DNA from: Escherichia coli
GTDB taxonomy: Bacteria; Pseudomonadota; Gammaproteobacteria; Enterobacterales; Enterobacteriaceae
DNA length: 64,000 bases
NCBI RefSeq assembly: GCF_030013595.1
Contig: NZ_CP122768.1
Strand: one strand, 5' to 3'
In this document: piece after piece, positions 14,287-24,950 of the stretch
Layout of the letters: each line of letters opens with the position of its first letter
How positions within the stretch are numbered: the first letter of the stretch is position 1
Made by a program: the position numbers and the translations under genes
Notes under the pieces: generated by a model
Databases searched by the model: none
Told to the model about the DNA's origin: nothing
The model's input: the letters and a program-made list of their open reading frames with translations, nothing else

Positions 14287-14987
14287 GTTGGAGTCATTAC
14301 CTGTCTGGTGCAGCGTTTTCCCTTTCGCAAACGCATCGTCTTTATAATTTTCCTGGGTGTAATATTTATCCATTTCGTTAATGGTATTACCCAACGCCAC
14401 GGCAGCATCAATATAACTCACCGCCACGCCATCAATAGGTTGCAGCGCAGGCGTTAACGCCACGACTCTTTTTATTCCTTTTTGACACTCAGAGAGATTG
14501 GATTCACTAATGCCGTAAATGCCATAAACAAGGCTCTCTTTACCTGTTGGCCCCTGTTTAAAATCTTTCAGCCAGTCAGCGTAACGCGCCAGACTGTTCT
14601 GTACAGGAATCTGTAACTTGTTGTAGCACTTGATATAGACATCCATTTTTTCGTCGAAAACCGCTTGTTCATCGACCACCGGTTGCGCAGGCGTTTCAGG
14701 TTTAACTTCTGCTTTTGCAACGGGAGCTTCAGTAGGTTTCGCTTCAGGAGCTGGTGCGGCAGGTTGACTATTGGCAGGCGGGGGCGTTTCTGTTTCGGCT
14801 TTTTTATCATCACAACCCGTGAGACCGAGGGCCATGATGGCGACTATAATAGCGGAAGATAATAAATTCCTTTTCATTTAATTGCCTTATAAATATATAG
14901 ATAAGAGAGTGAACATAATAAATGAAAAAAGAAAACGCCACTACACGCGTTTTGTTTATAAATAAAATAATAAAATTCACGAAATGA

Positions 14988-15026
14988 ATAAGTCCTGCAA
15001 TTTAATATATATCGCAGGACTTATTT
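14988..15026 (-). terminator. Hairpin downstream of fdhD (aataagtcctgc...gcaggacttatt)
   Basis: 12-bp perfect inverted repeat just after the fdhD stop, in an AT-rich context. Confidence 0.5.
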
Positions 15027-15029
15027 TAA

Positions 15030-15863
15030 TTAATTGCTCAAACGCTGCGGATGGGTATAAACCGTTGCCCGGCCCGGTTTACAAAAGCCCACCAGCGTCA
15101 AATTACAGCGTTCAGCCACTTCTACAGCAAGTGTGGTCGCGGCAGACACCGCAAACAAAATCTCTACGCCACACATCGCTGACTTTTGCACCATTTCATA
15201 ACTGGCACGGCTGGAAACCAGCACCGCACCTTGCTGCCAGCTTTCCCCTTCTTGTGACCGGCGGCCTAACAGTTTGTCCAGCGCCACATGGCGACCCACG
15301 TCTTCATGCCCGCCGACCAGTTCGCCAGATGGCAACATCCAGGCAGCGGCGTGAGTACAACCAGTCAGTTGCCCCACTGGCTGAAAATCGTTGAGATGAC
15401 GTAATGCATCATCCAGTTTGTTGAGATCAAACGTCTGGGTGAACGGTAGCGGCTGCACCGGTTTTCCGATGTCATTAAGTTGCTCCACGCCGCATACGCC
15501 ACAGCCCGTACGTCCCGCCAGCGCCCGGCGGCGCTCCTTCAACCCCATAAAGCGGCGGCTGGAAAGCTCAATTTGTACTTCAAGACCATTACAGGAAGGA
15601 ACGACATCCATGCCGAAGATATCGCGCGGACTTTCTATTATCCCCTCGGAAAGCGAAAAACCGAGCGCAAAGTACTCAAGGTCTTTGGGCGACGCCATCA
15701 TCACCACATGCGAAATGCCGTTGTAGACCAGCGCAACGGGAACTTCTTCCGCGACCTCATCTAACCGTGGGTGTTGTAAATCATCACGCCGCCATAACTC
15801 AATTTGACGAACACTCGTGATATTTGTCACATTTTCGATTTCTTTTTGCTGTGTTTTTTTCAC
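15030..15863 (-). CDS. fdhD: Formate dehydrogenase accessory sulfurtransferase FdhD
   Basis: 277-aa ORF divergent from fdoG. Confidence 0.9.
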   Translation of the reverse strand: MKKTQQKEIENVTNITSVRQIELWRRDDLQHPRLDEVAEEVPVALVYNGISHVVMMASPKDLEYFALGFSLSEGIIESPRDIFGMDVVPSCNGLEVQIELSSRRFMGLKERRRALAGRTGCGVCGVEQLNDIGKPVQPLPFTQTFDLNKLDDALRHLNDFQPVGQLTGCTHAAAWMLPSGELVGGHEDVGRHVALDKLLGRRSQEGESWQQGAVLVSSRASYEMVQKSAMCGVEILFAVSAATTLAVEVAERCNLTLVGFCKPGRATVYTHPQRLSN

Positions 15864-16056
15864 TTTCTCTTAACCAGATAAGAACACACACACCAACATT
15901 ATGGTATTCTGTTACAAACCCTTCCTGGATGGAGGGAAATTGAGCCAATTCTGGACCTTTGCGGCCCCTTCCGCAAAGAAAAATAACTCCCACTCCCTGC
16001 ACACGCAGCAAGCGAATGTAAATGGGACGTGACAATGTCGAAACAAGGAGCAATCC

Positions 16057-19000
16057 ATGCAGGTCAGCAGAAGGCAGTTCTTTAAGATCTGCGCTGGCGG
16101 TATGGCAGGCACCACGGCAGCGGCACTGGGTTTTGCCCCCAGCGTAGCGCTCGCGGAAACCCGGCAGTATAAACTGCTGCGCACCCGCGAAACCCGTAAT
16201 ACCTGCACCTATTGTTCCGTAGGCTGTGGGCTGTTGATGTACAGCCTCGGTGACGGAGCAAAAAACGCCAAAGCATCTATCTTCCATATCGAAGGTGACC
16301 CGGATCACCCGGTCAACCGCGGAGCACTTTGTCCGAAAGGCGCTGGCCTGGTGGATTTCATCCACTCCGAAAGCCGTCTGAAGTTTCCGGAATACCGTGC
16401 GCCAGGTTCTGATAAATGGCAGCAAATCAGTTGGGAAGAGGCGTTTGATCGCATCGCCAAACTGATGAAAGAAGACCGCGATGCTAACTACATTGCGCAA
16501 AACGCCGAAGGCGTGACTGTTAACCGCTGGCTCTCCACCGGGATGCTGTGTGCTTCCGCGTCGAGTAACGAAACCGGCTATTTAACGCAAAAATTCTCCC
16601 GCGCGCTGGGTATGCTCGCGGTTGACAACCAGGCGCGTGTCTGACACGGACCAACGGTAGCAAGTCTTGCTCCAACATTTGGTCGCGGTGCGATGACCAA
16701 CCACTGGGTCGACATCAAGAACGCCAACCTCGTCGTGGTGATGGGCGGTAACGCCGCTGAAGCTCACCCGGTCGGGTTCCGCTGGGCGATGGAAGCCAAA
16801 ATTCACAACGGCGCGAAGCTGATTGTGATCGATCCTCGCTTTACGCGTACGGCGGCGGTAGCTGACTACTATGCCCCTATTCGTTCCGGTACTGACATTG
16901 CTTTCCTGTCAGGCGTATTGCTGTACCTGCTGAACAATGAAAAATTCAACCGCGAATACACCGAAGCCTATACCAACGCCAGCCTTATCGTGCGTGAGGA
17001 TTACGGCTTTGAAGATGGCCTGTTCACCGGCTACGACGCGGAAAAACGCAAGTACGATAAATCCTCCTGGACTTACGAACTGGACGAAAACGGCTTCGCC
17101 AAACGCGATACCACGCTGCAACATCCGCGCTGCGTGTGGAACTTGCTGAAACAGCACGTTTCCCGCTACACGCCGGATGTGGTTGAAAACATCTGTGGTA
17201 CGCCAAAAGACGCGTTCCTGAAAGTCTGCGAATACATCGCCGAAACCAGTGCACACGATAAAACTGCCTCGTTCCTGTATGCCCTCGGCTGGACGCAACA
17301 CTCCGTTGGTGCGCAGAACATTCGTACGATGGCGATGATCCAGCTGCTGCTCGGCAATATGGGGATGGCAGGCGGCGGCGTTAACGCCCTGCGCGGTCAC
17401 TCCAATATTCAGGGACTGACGGACCTGGGGCTGCTGTCGCAGAGCCTGCCGGGTTACATGACGCTGCCGAGCGAGAAGCAGACCGATCTGCAAACCTACC
17501 TTACCGCCAACACGCCAAAACCGCTGCTGGAAGGCCAGGTAAACTACTGGGGCAACTACCCGAAATTCTTCGTCTCCATGATGAAGGCCTTCTTTGGTGA
17601 TAAAGCGACGGCGGAAAATAGCTGGGGCTTTGACTGGTTGCCGAAGTGGGATAAAGGCTACGACGTCCTGCAATACTTCGAGATGATGAAAGAAGGCAAG
17701 GTCAATGGCTATATCTGCCAGGGCTTTAACCCGGTTGCCTCATTCCCGAACAAAAACAAAGTGATCGGTTGTCTGTCGAAACTGAAGTTCCTCGTCACCA
17801 TCGACCCGCTGAACACTGAAACCTCTAACTTCTGGCAGAACCACGGTGAGCTGAACGAAGTTGACTCGTCGAAGATCCAGACCGAAGTGTTCCGTCTGCC
17901 ATCGACCTGCTTCGCGGAAGAGAACGGTTCTATCGTTAACTCCGGTCGCTGGTTGCAGTGGCACTGGAAAGGTGCGGACGCCCCGGGAATTGCGCTGACT
18001 GATGGCGAGATCCTCTCCGGTATCTTCCTGCGCTTGCGCAAGATGTATGCCGAACAGGGTGGCGCGAACCCGGACCAGGTGCTGAACATGACCTGGAACT
18101 ACGCCATTCCGCATGAGCCGAAGTCGGAAGAAGTAGCGATGGAGAGCAACGGTAAGGCGCTGGCCGATATTACCGATCCGGCAACCGGTGCGGTTATCGT
18201 CAAGAAAGGCCAACAACTTAGCTCGTTCGCCCAACTGCGCGATGACGGTACGACCTCCTGTGGCTGCTGGATTTTCGCCGGTAGCTGGACGCCAGAAGGT
18301 AACCAGATGGCGCGTCGTGATAACGCCGATCCGTCTGGCCTCGGTAACACGCTGGGCTGGGCATGGGCATGGCCGCTTAACCGCCGCATTCTGTATAACC
18401 GCGCCTCCGCAGATCCGCAGGGTAACCCGTGGGATCCGAAGCGTCAGTTGCTGAAATGGGACGGCACTAAGTGGACCGGCTGGGATATTCCGGACTACAG
18501 CGCAGCACCTCCGGGTAGCGGCGTCGGGCCGTTTATCATGCAGCAGGAAGGCATGGGGCGTCTGTTTGCCCTCGATAAGATGGCGGAAGGTCCGTTCCCG
18601 GAACACTACGAGCCGTTTGAAACGCCGCTGGGAACTAACCCGCTGCATCCAAACGTTATCTCGAACCCGGCTGCACGTATCTTTAAAGACGACGCCGAAG
18701 CATTGGGTAAAGCCGATAAGTTCCCGTATGTCGGAACCACCTATCGTCTGACCGAGCACTTCCACTACTGGACCAAACACGCGCTGTTGAACGCGATTTT
18801 GCAACCAGAGCAGTTTGTGGAAATCGGTGAGTCGCTGGCGAATAAACTTGGCATTGCCCAGGGCGATACCGTGAAAGTCTCCTCCAACCGTGGCTATATC
18901 AAAGCCAAAGCGGTGGTGACCAAACGTATTCGCACGCTGAAAGCGAACGGCAAAGATATCGATACCATCGGTATTCCGATTCACTGGGGCTATGAAGGTG

Positions 19001-19107
19001 TTGCGAAAAAAGGCTTTATTGCCAATACGTTAACGCCATTCGTTGGTGATGCGAACACGCAGACGCCGGAGTTTAAGTCCTTCCTTGTGAATGTGGAAAA
19101 GGTGTAA
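16057..19107 (+). CDS. fdoG: Formate dehydrogenase-O major subunit (selenoprotein; in-frame UGA at 16642..16644 read as Sec)
   Basis: ORFs 16057..16644 and 16693..19107 are one frame split only by TGA; Tat signal (RRQFFK); molybdopterin oxidoreductase body; total 1016 aa. Confidence 0.95.
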
Positions 19108-19119
19108 CGGAGACGACAT

Positions 19120-20022
19120 ATGGCTTATCAATCTCAAGATATCATTCGTCGTTCCGCGACTAACGGTCTGACCCCCGCGCCTCAGGCGCGGGACTTCCAG
19201 GAAGAAGTGGCGAAACTCATCGACGTCACCACCTGTATCGGCTGTAAAGCCTGTCAGGTGGCGTGTTCAGAGTGGAACGACATTCGCGATACCGTCGGCA
19301 ATAACATTGGGGTGTACGACAACCCCAATGATTTAAGTGCCAAATCGTGGACGGTGATGCGCTTCTCGGAAGTGGAACAGAACGACAAACTGGAATGGCT
19401 GATCCGCAAAGACGGCTGTATGCACTGTTCCGATCCAGGCTGCCTGAAAGCGTGCCCGGCGGAAGGAGCAATTATTCAGTATGCCAACGGTATCGTCGAC
19501 TTCCAGTCCGAGCAGTGCATCGGCTGCGGTTATTGCATTGCGGGCTGTCCGTTCGACATTCCGCGCCTCAACCCGGAAGACAACCGCGTCTACAAATGTA
19601 CGCTGTGCGTTGACCGCGTGGTGGTTGGGCAAGAACCGGCCTGCGTGAAGACCTGCCCAACGGGCGCGATTCACTTCGGTACGAAAGAGTCGATGAAAAC
19701 GCTGGCGAGCGAGCGCGTGGCGGAGCTGAAAACTCGCGGTTACGACAATGCGGGTCTGTACGATCCGGCAGGCGTTGGCGGTACACACGTTATGTACGTG
19801 CTGCACCATGCTGACAAGCCAAATCTGTATCATGGCTTGCCGGAGAACCCGGAAATCAGCGAAACCGTGAAATTCTGGAAAGGCATCTGGAAACCGCTCG
19901 CAGCTGTTGGCTTTGCGGCTACCTTCGCGGCCAGTATCTTCCACTACGTGGGTGTCGGTCCGAACCGTGCGGATGAGGAAGAGAATAATCTGCACGAAGA
20001 GAAAGACGAGGAGCGCAAATGA
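19120..20022 (+). CDS. fdoH: Formate dehydrogenase-O iron-sulfur subunit
   Basis: 300 aa with multiple CxxCxxCxxxCP ferredoxin motifs. Confidence 0.95.
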
Positions 20023-20654
20023 AACGACGTGACACCATCGTGCGCTACACCGCGCCGGAACGTATCAACCACTGGATCACCGCCTTCTGCTTCATCCTGG
20101 CGGCGGTGAGCGGGCTTGGCTTTTTGTTCCCGTCCTTCAACTGGTTGATGCAAATCATGGGCACACCGCAGCTGGCGCGAATTCTGCACCCGTTTGTCGG
20201 CGTGGTTATGTTTGCCTCGTTCATCATCATGTTTTTCCGTTACTGGCATCACAACCTAATCAATCGGGATGATATCTTTTGGGCGAAGAATATTCGTAAG
20301 ATCGTCGTCAACGAGGAAGTAGGTGACACCGGGCGTTATAACTTCGGTCAGAAATGCGTTTTCTGGGCGGCGATTATTTTCCTGGTTCTGCTGCTGGTGA
20401 GCGGCGTGATTATCTGGCGTCCTTATTTTGCGCCTGCTTTCTCAATCCCGGTGATCCGATTCGCGTTAATGCTGCATTCATTTGCCGCAGTGGCGTTAAT
20501 TGTGGTTATCATGGTGCATATCTACGCCGCCCTTTGGGTGAAAGGCACGATTACCGCCATGGTGGAAGGATGGGTTACCAGCGCCTGGGCGAAGAAACAT
20601 CACCCGCGCTGGTACCGTGAGGTCCGCAAGACAACGGAAAAGAAAGCTGAATGA
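20019..20654 (+). CDS. fdoI: Formate dehydrogenase-O cytochrome b556 subunit
   Basis: 211-aa membrane protein overlapping fdoH stop. Confidence 0.95.
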
Positions 20655-21580
20655 GTATTCGCATAATCCCGCAAGATGAGCTGGGTTCGAGCGAGAAACG
20701 TACGGCGGATATGATTCCGCCGTTATTGTTCCCTCGGCTCAAGAATTTATACAACCGCCGCGCCGAGCGTCTGCGCGAGCTGGCAGAAAATAATCCGCTG
20801 GGTGATTACCTGCGCTTTGCTGCGCTTATCGCCCACGCCCAGGAAGTGGTGCTGTACGACCATCCGCTGGAGATGGATCTGACTGCACGCATTAAAGAAG
20901 CCAGCGCACAGGGCAAGCCCCCGCTGGATATTCACGTTCTGCCGCGTGATAAGCACTGGCAAAAGCTGCTGATGGCGCTGATTGCTGAGCTGAAACCTGA
21001 AATGAGCGGCCCGGCGCTGGCAGTGATTGAGAATCTGGAGAAGGCATCGACCCAGGAGCTGGAAGATATGGCCAGCGCACTGTTTGCCTCTGATTTCTCG
21101 TCCGTCAGCAGTGATAAAGCGCCGTTTATCTGGGCTGCGCTGTCGCTCTACTGGGCGCAGATGGCTAATCTGATCCCCGGCAAAGCCCGCGCTGAATACG
21201 GCGAACAACGTCAATATTGCCCGGTATGTGGCTCTATGCCGGTGTCCAGCATGGTGCAAATTGGCACCACTCAGGGGCTGCGTTACCTGCACTGCAACCT
21301 GTGTGAAACCGAATGGCACGTGGTGCGCGTAAAATGCAGCAACTGCGAGCAGAGCGGCAAACTGCATTACTGGTCGCTGGATGACGAACAGGCCGCGATT
21401 AAAGCCGAAAGCTGCGATGACTGCGGCACTTACCTGAAGATTCTTTATCAGGAAAAAGAACCGAAAGTTGAAGCCGTGGCAGATGACCTCGCCTCTCTGG
21501 TACTGGACGCGCGAATGGAGCAAGAAGGCTACGCCCGCAGTTCCATCAACCCGTTCCTGTTCCCGGGTGAAGGGGAGTAA
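20651..21580 (+). CDS. fdhE: Formate dehydrogenase formation protein FdhE
   Basis: 309 aa with CxxC pairs; overlaps fdoI stop. Confidence 0.95.
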   Translation: MSIRIIPQDELGSSEKRTADMIPPLLFPRLKNLYNRRAERLRELAENNPLGDYLRFAALIAHAQEVVLYDHPLEMDLTARIKEASAQGKPPLDIHVLPRDKHWQKLLMALIAELKPEMSGPALAVIENLEKASTQELEDMASALFASDFSSVSSDKAPFIWAALSLYWAQMANLIPGKARAEYGEQRQYCPVCGSMPVSSMVQIGTTQGLRYLHCNLCETEWHVVRVKCSNCEQSGKLHYWSLDDEQAAIKAESCDDCGTYLKILYQEKEPKVEAVADDLASLVLDARMEQEGYARSSINPFLFPGEGE

Positions 21581-21761
21581 TCTCTGACGTTTTCCGGGTG
21601 GCGCAGGTCGCCCGGATTATAGCTCATAGGGTGTGACGACACTATCTCTCGTATTCCGCGTTACAACCTCAAGCTATGCCGCCAGTGCCTGTTTTGCCTC
21701 AATTTTCACACTGAGAAAATCGATAAGGATATCGATATCAAATAGCCAAATCTTTTTGCCA

Positions 21762-21980
21762 TTACCATTCCTCGCGCAGCTTACGCTGGTATTCGACACC
21801 ATCTTCCTCACTCCCTTGCCAGATGCCAAAAGCACTGGCTCTTGCTGTTTGCGATTGATTTACCAGGTATTGATCTACCGCTTCCCGTAATAGCTTCGCA
21901 CGAGGAAGATTACGCTGCACCTCGAGATCATCAAGTTGCTTAAACAACTCATTCGATAAATTGAGTAAAATTCTGCCCAT
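21762..21980 (-). CDS. yiiF: Ribbon-helix-helix (CopG-like) small protein YiiF
   Basis: ORF 21762..22004; start set to second ATG giving 72 aa; paralogous to yiiE. Confidence 0.7.
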   Translation of the reverse strand: MGRILLNLSNELFKQLDDLEVQRNLPRAKLLREAVDQYLVNQSQTARASAFGIWQGSEEDGVEYQRKLREEW

Positions 21981-22095
21981 ATCTATACCTGCCAGAGAGT
22001 TCATAAATATCTCGCCATTATCATTTTTGAATCTATGGAGAGAAAAGTACCCTTGCCGAATCTTTAAAGAAAGCTCATTTACGCATCATTTTTTA

Positions 22096-22138
22096 TTTTT
22101 GCGAGGCGTTTTCCAGATATGATGTAACAGTTGCAGTT
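22096..22138. repeat. Conserved ~43-bp upstream element, copy 1 (upstream of yiiF)
   Basis: tttttgcgaggcgttttccagatatgatgtaacagttgcagtt closely matches 22536..22578. Confidence 0.6.
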
Positions 22139-22222
22139 ATTATAAGTTCAAGTAAAACAACCTTGTATTAATATCAGAATAAGGGCATCTGGTTTTTATA
22201 TTCAAGAATAATAAATTTTTTG

Positions 22223-22441
22223 TCATTCCTTATGCTCCTTACACTGATCATCGACACCCACTGCCTCCCCCTTTTGCCTGCCTCCCTTTGCTTTACGCAC
22301 CGGGAATTGCTGACGTTCCAGATATTGCTCTACCGCTTCGCGTAAAATTGCAGATCGTGAAACCTTACGCCAGCCCCTAAGCTTGTTCAGCCGTTTAATT
22401 GCCTCTTCTGATAAATGAAGAAAAACCGTATTCATCGCCAT
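22223..22441 (-). CDS. yiiE: Ribbon-helix-helix (CopG-like) small protein YiiE
   Basis: ORF 22223..22468; start set to ATG 22441 (MAMNTVFLHLSEEAIKRL) giving 72 aa. Confidence 0.7.
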   Translation of the reverse strand: MAMNTVFLHLSEEAIKRLNKLRGWRKVSRSAILREAVEQYLERQQFPVRKAKGGRQKGEAVGVDDQCKEHKE

Positions 22442-22535
22442 TACCAATACCTTACATATATTACTCATTAATGTATGTGCGAAAATTACGCCGAAAAATC
22501 ATTTAAAAAAAGCGGATTTTTGCATGCTGTTTTGT

Positions 22536-22578
22536 TTTTGCGAGACGTTTTCCAGAAATAATAAGAACGTTGCAGTTG
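22536..22578. repeat. Conserved ~43-bp upstream element, copy 2 (upstream of yiiE)
   Basis: tttttgcgagacgttttccagaaataataagaacgttgcagtt; paired with copy 1. Confidence 0.6.
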
Positions 22579-22962
22579 TTTCATTTGTTAATCAAAAATG
22601 GTTTGGTTATCGCCCAGGATGAGATATGGGTGCTATAAATATATTATATTCAGGGATATTTATTTTTTGATTGGGTCTTCATTTGCATAATCTGAATGGT
22701 GTACCCGAAAAACGTCAGCATCCTAACAGCACCAGGATTTAAGGTGAAATTTAACATCCATCACAGACCGTTCAATGCTGCCACCAACCGGTCTTTACTT
22801 GCTCGTCGTTATAATTTTGTGGGTAACAGTTCGGGAAACAAGGAATTCCTTCCGGAACACCCCGGTATCATCCGATAGCATTGACGTCAATCATCAGCGC
22901 GACGGTGAGTTTTTTTAATCGCATCATAGGATGGTAACGTTAAGCACGATTACGGGTCATAG

Positions 22963-23008
22963 TAAAACTCCTGAGCAGGCGGCACTATGCCGCTTTCACA
23001 GGAGTTCT
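22963..23008 (-). terminator. Nested hairpin downstream of the 604-aa gene
   Basis: Outer stem aactcctg/caggagtt and inner stem gcggca/tgccgc, followed by a T-run on the minus strand. Confidence 0.45.
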
Positions 23009-23135
23009 GAATGCTGGTGCTTTCTGTATGGCTTCGCTATGCCCCTCGCGGCTAAGCGCCTGCACACATCTCTCTTTGAATGTCATTTTTGCAATGCATT
23101 GTCCGAATTCTGATAATCCTAATGAGTTTTACCCG

Positions 23136-24950
23136 TCAGACTCCCATCCCTACGGTATACGAGCTAGATTCATGAATGAAATCGACATTTTTAAAAAACG
23201 AATCTTGTAAAACATCCGTGTTGATATTACCTTGCAACCCAACATTAAATTTGTTAGAGAGATGAAGAACTCGAATATCAAAAAGGTCTTTTAACATCAT
23301 TAATTCTTTGGCTGTTAATGAATCGCAACTAAAATATCCCTGTTGATCAAAAAGCTTTTCTATTTCTCTACCATCGGCGAGGCGTTTTTCAAGGAGTGTT
23401 TGCAACATCGAGTTGCCAAGGACAATGGATATCGTGCGATCTTTCGCAGATTTACACCCCATCACAACGGCAACATTCGTATCCCCCTCAGGAGTTTCAT
23501 TTATCGCCGTCGCTAAAATGGTGGTCAAACACGCAAACGGAACTGTATTTCTTTCGTGATTTAATTTATCTACCAGTTCATTCCATTTATCAAAAGCCGG
23601 GCTATATTTGTTGCGTACAGAAATATCCGACTGGTTAAACAATTCAGCCATGCGATTTTTTATCATCTCGATATCCGGCGAACCAGAAAGACTTTGCGCA
23701 TAATACGGTCCTGATGATGTTGCATACATTAAAGCCGAGCCCACACCTGTCGCCATGATGGGCGCAGCTACGGTTTTGGCAAGGGCGACGCTGCGATGGC
23801 TATGCGCTTCACAGGCTAAAGGAACATATTCCACTGACTGCGGTAATTCCTTACATGCCTCCCTCATCATTGCGGTATGCTTTACAAACAACGGTTTTTC
23901 ACTGCCCAAAAAAACCTTCTGCTTAATTGCACTAAGAAAACGTAAATCCAAAATGATTGTTTTTGGTTTATTATTTTTTGGCACATTTCCTATTATCCCG
24001 CTAAGAACCTTCCTTGCTGCATGGAGATTTTTTTGCACAGCACATAACACAATTGACGAAGCCTTCTCTACTGCGTTATTGATTTTAATTTTAAAATCTG
24101 CATGATATACGTTGACGGGCAATGCAAGTATATCTTCCCCTACATCTTTGGCTGAGTATTTATTTGTGATCGACGGTCGTGAATCCACGAGAAAACTTAG
24201 CTGCAAATTATGCTCTATATTACCAGCTGTTTTTGTAGTGTGATTAAACATAGAGATGCCACCTCTCATTCTTTCACACATATCCTCAACTTTATCACTT
24301 CGTTCTTGTGGCAATTTGGCTTTAACGTTAATTTGATGATTTTTACCCGTGCATTCCTTAACAACAAGAGGAATGTTATCTAAAGTGCCATACAGGCTAA
24401 TAACGTCACCAGGATTTTTATCATGTAAGTAAGTTTGATTAATACTCGAAGCATTCACAAAGAGGTCAATATTATAACTGTTTATAACTTCACCTACATC
24501 AAATGTGTAGTGCTTACTCTGGAGGCTGCCATCCTTGTTTAATTGTATATCAATCAAGATATCCCCGGACTTTGTCACCATATCTTTGCCATAAACCATT
24601 TGCATAGCCATTTCGAGGAGGTTTTTATCTAACTGATTGCGGGCGTTGAGTAAGCGACTACCAAATAATTTATATACTGTTCCCGTCATTGCCAGCGCTG
24701 CGCTTTCTGGTACTTTGCGTTTCCACAGTGAGGTTTCTTTATTTTTAAACAGGTCATATTTATTATTACTCGACAACCCGAGTTTAAGTTCGTTAACACA
24801 ATCGCACAGTTGCTCCTCACCTTCCATTTTAAGGCGATGTGAAAAATCATTTAATAGCGTTTGCTTCGGTGATTCATTGCTCATTAGTTGTTTTTCTAAA
24901 TTAACAATAGAATAACTTTCTTGTTTAATGAGATTAATATTGGCAACCAT
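23136..24950 (-). CDS. Hypothetical 604-aa protein with CX5R phosphatase P-loop (CKSAKDRT); candidate IpgD/SopB-like phosphoinositide phosphatase
   Basis: Intact ORF; Shine-Dalgarno AAGGAGG 6 nt upstream of ATG; AT-rich by eye; motif VVMGCKSAKDRT encoded at 23433..23456, about 105 residues from the C-terminus. Confidence 0.8.
   Translation of the reverse strand: MVANINLIKQESYSIVNLEKQLMSNESPKQTLLNDFSHRLKMEGEEQLCDCVNELKLGLSSNNKYDLFKNKETSLWKRKVPESAALAMTGTVYKLFGSRLLNARNQLDKNLLEMAMQMVYGKDMVTKSGDILIDIQLNKDGSLQSKHYTFDVGEVINSYNIDLFVNASSINQTYLHDKNPGDVISLYGTLDNIPLVVKECTGKNHQINVKAKLPQERSDKVEDMCERMRGGISMFNHTTKTAGNIEHNLQLSFLVDSRPSITNKYSAKDVGEDILALPVNVYHADFKIKINNAVEKASSIVLCAVQKNLHAARKVLSGIIGNVPKNNKPKTIILDLRFLSAIKQKVFLGSEKPLFVKHTAMMREACKELPQSVEYVPLACEAHSHRSVALAKTVAAPIMATGVGSALMYATSSGPYYAQSLSGSPDIEMIKNRMAELFNQSDISVRNKYSPAFDKWNELVDKLNHERNTVPFACLTTILATAINETPEGDTNVAVVMGCKSAKDRTISIVLGNSMLQTLLEKRLADGREIEKLFDQQGYFSCDSLTAKELMMLKDLFDIRVLHLSNKFNVGLQGNINTDVLQDSFFKNVDFIHESSSYTVGMGV

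Larger units (their letters stand above)
13534..14301 (+). mobile_element. IS1 insertion sequence (768 bp) with 9-bp target-site duplication TGTCTGGTG at 13525..13533 and 14302..14310
   Basis: Ends ggtgatgctgccaacttactgat ... atcagtaagttggagtcattacc are imperfect inverted repeats; internal insA/insB; identical 9-mers flank the element. Confidence 0.95.
13045..14877 (-). pseudogene. yiiG: yiiG lipoprotein gene interrupted by IS1 (N-part 14302..14877, C-part 13045..13524)
   Basis: N-terminal ORF has a lipoprotein signal (LTGC) and reads into IS1; C-terminal fragment resumes in the same frame after the second target-duplication copy; 576+480 nt gives the 351 aa of intact YiiG. Confidence 0.85.

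Noticed and set aside
14221-14877. 218-aa ORF and the separate 110-aa ORF at 13045..13377 as two independent genes
   Set aside because: They are the two halves of yiiG split by IS1; the C-terminal tail of the 218-aa call is read-through into IS1 sequence.
16057-16644. Apparent separate 195-aa gene upstream of a second 804-aa gene
   Set aside because: Both are the single selenoprotein gene fdoG read through a UGA-Sec codon.
17740-18984. 414-aa minus-strand ORF inside fdoG
   Set aside because: Antisense to the formate dehydrogenase catalytic subunit; Arg-rich artefactual translation.
22985-23086. 33-aa minus-strand mini-ORF downstream of the 604-aa gene, considered as a possible partner or chaperone
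   Set aside because: Too short for an IpgE/SigE-like chaperone (about 115 aa), overlaps the terminator hairpin, no RBS; no other ORF of at least 60 aa on the gene's strand in 22469..23135 or 24951..25365.
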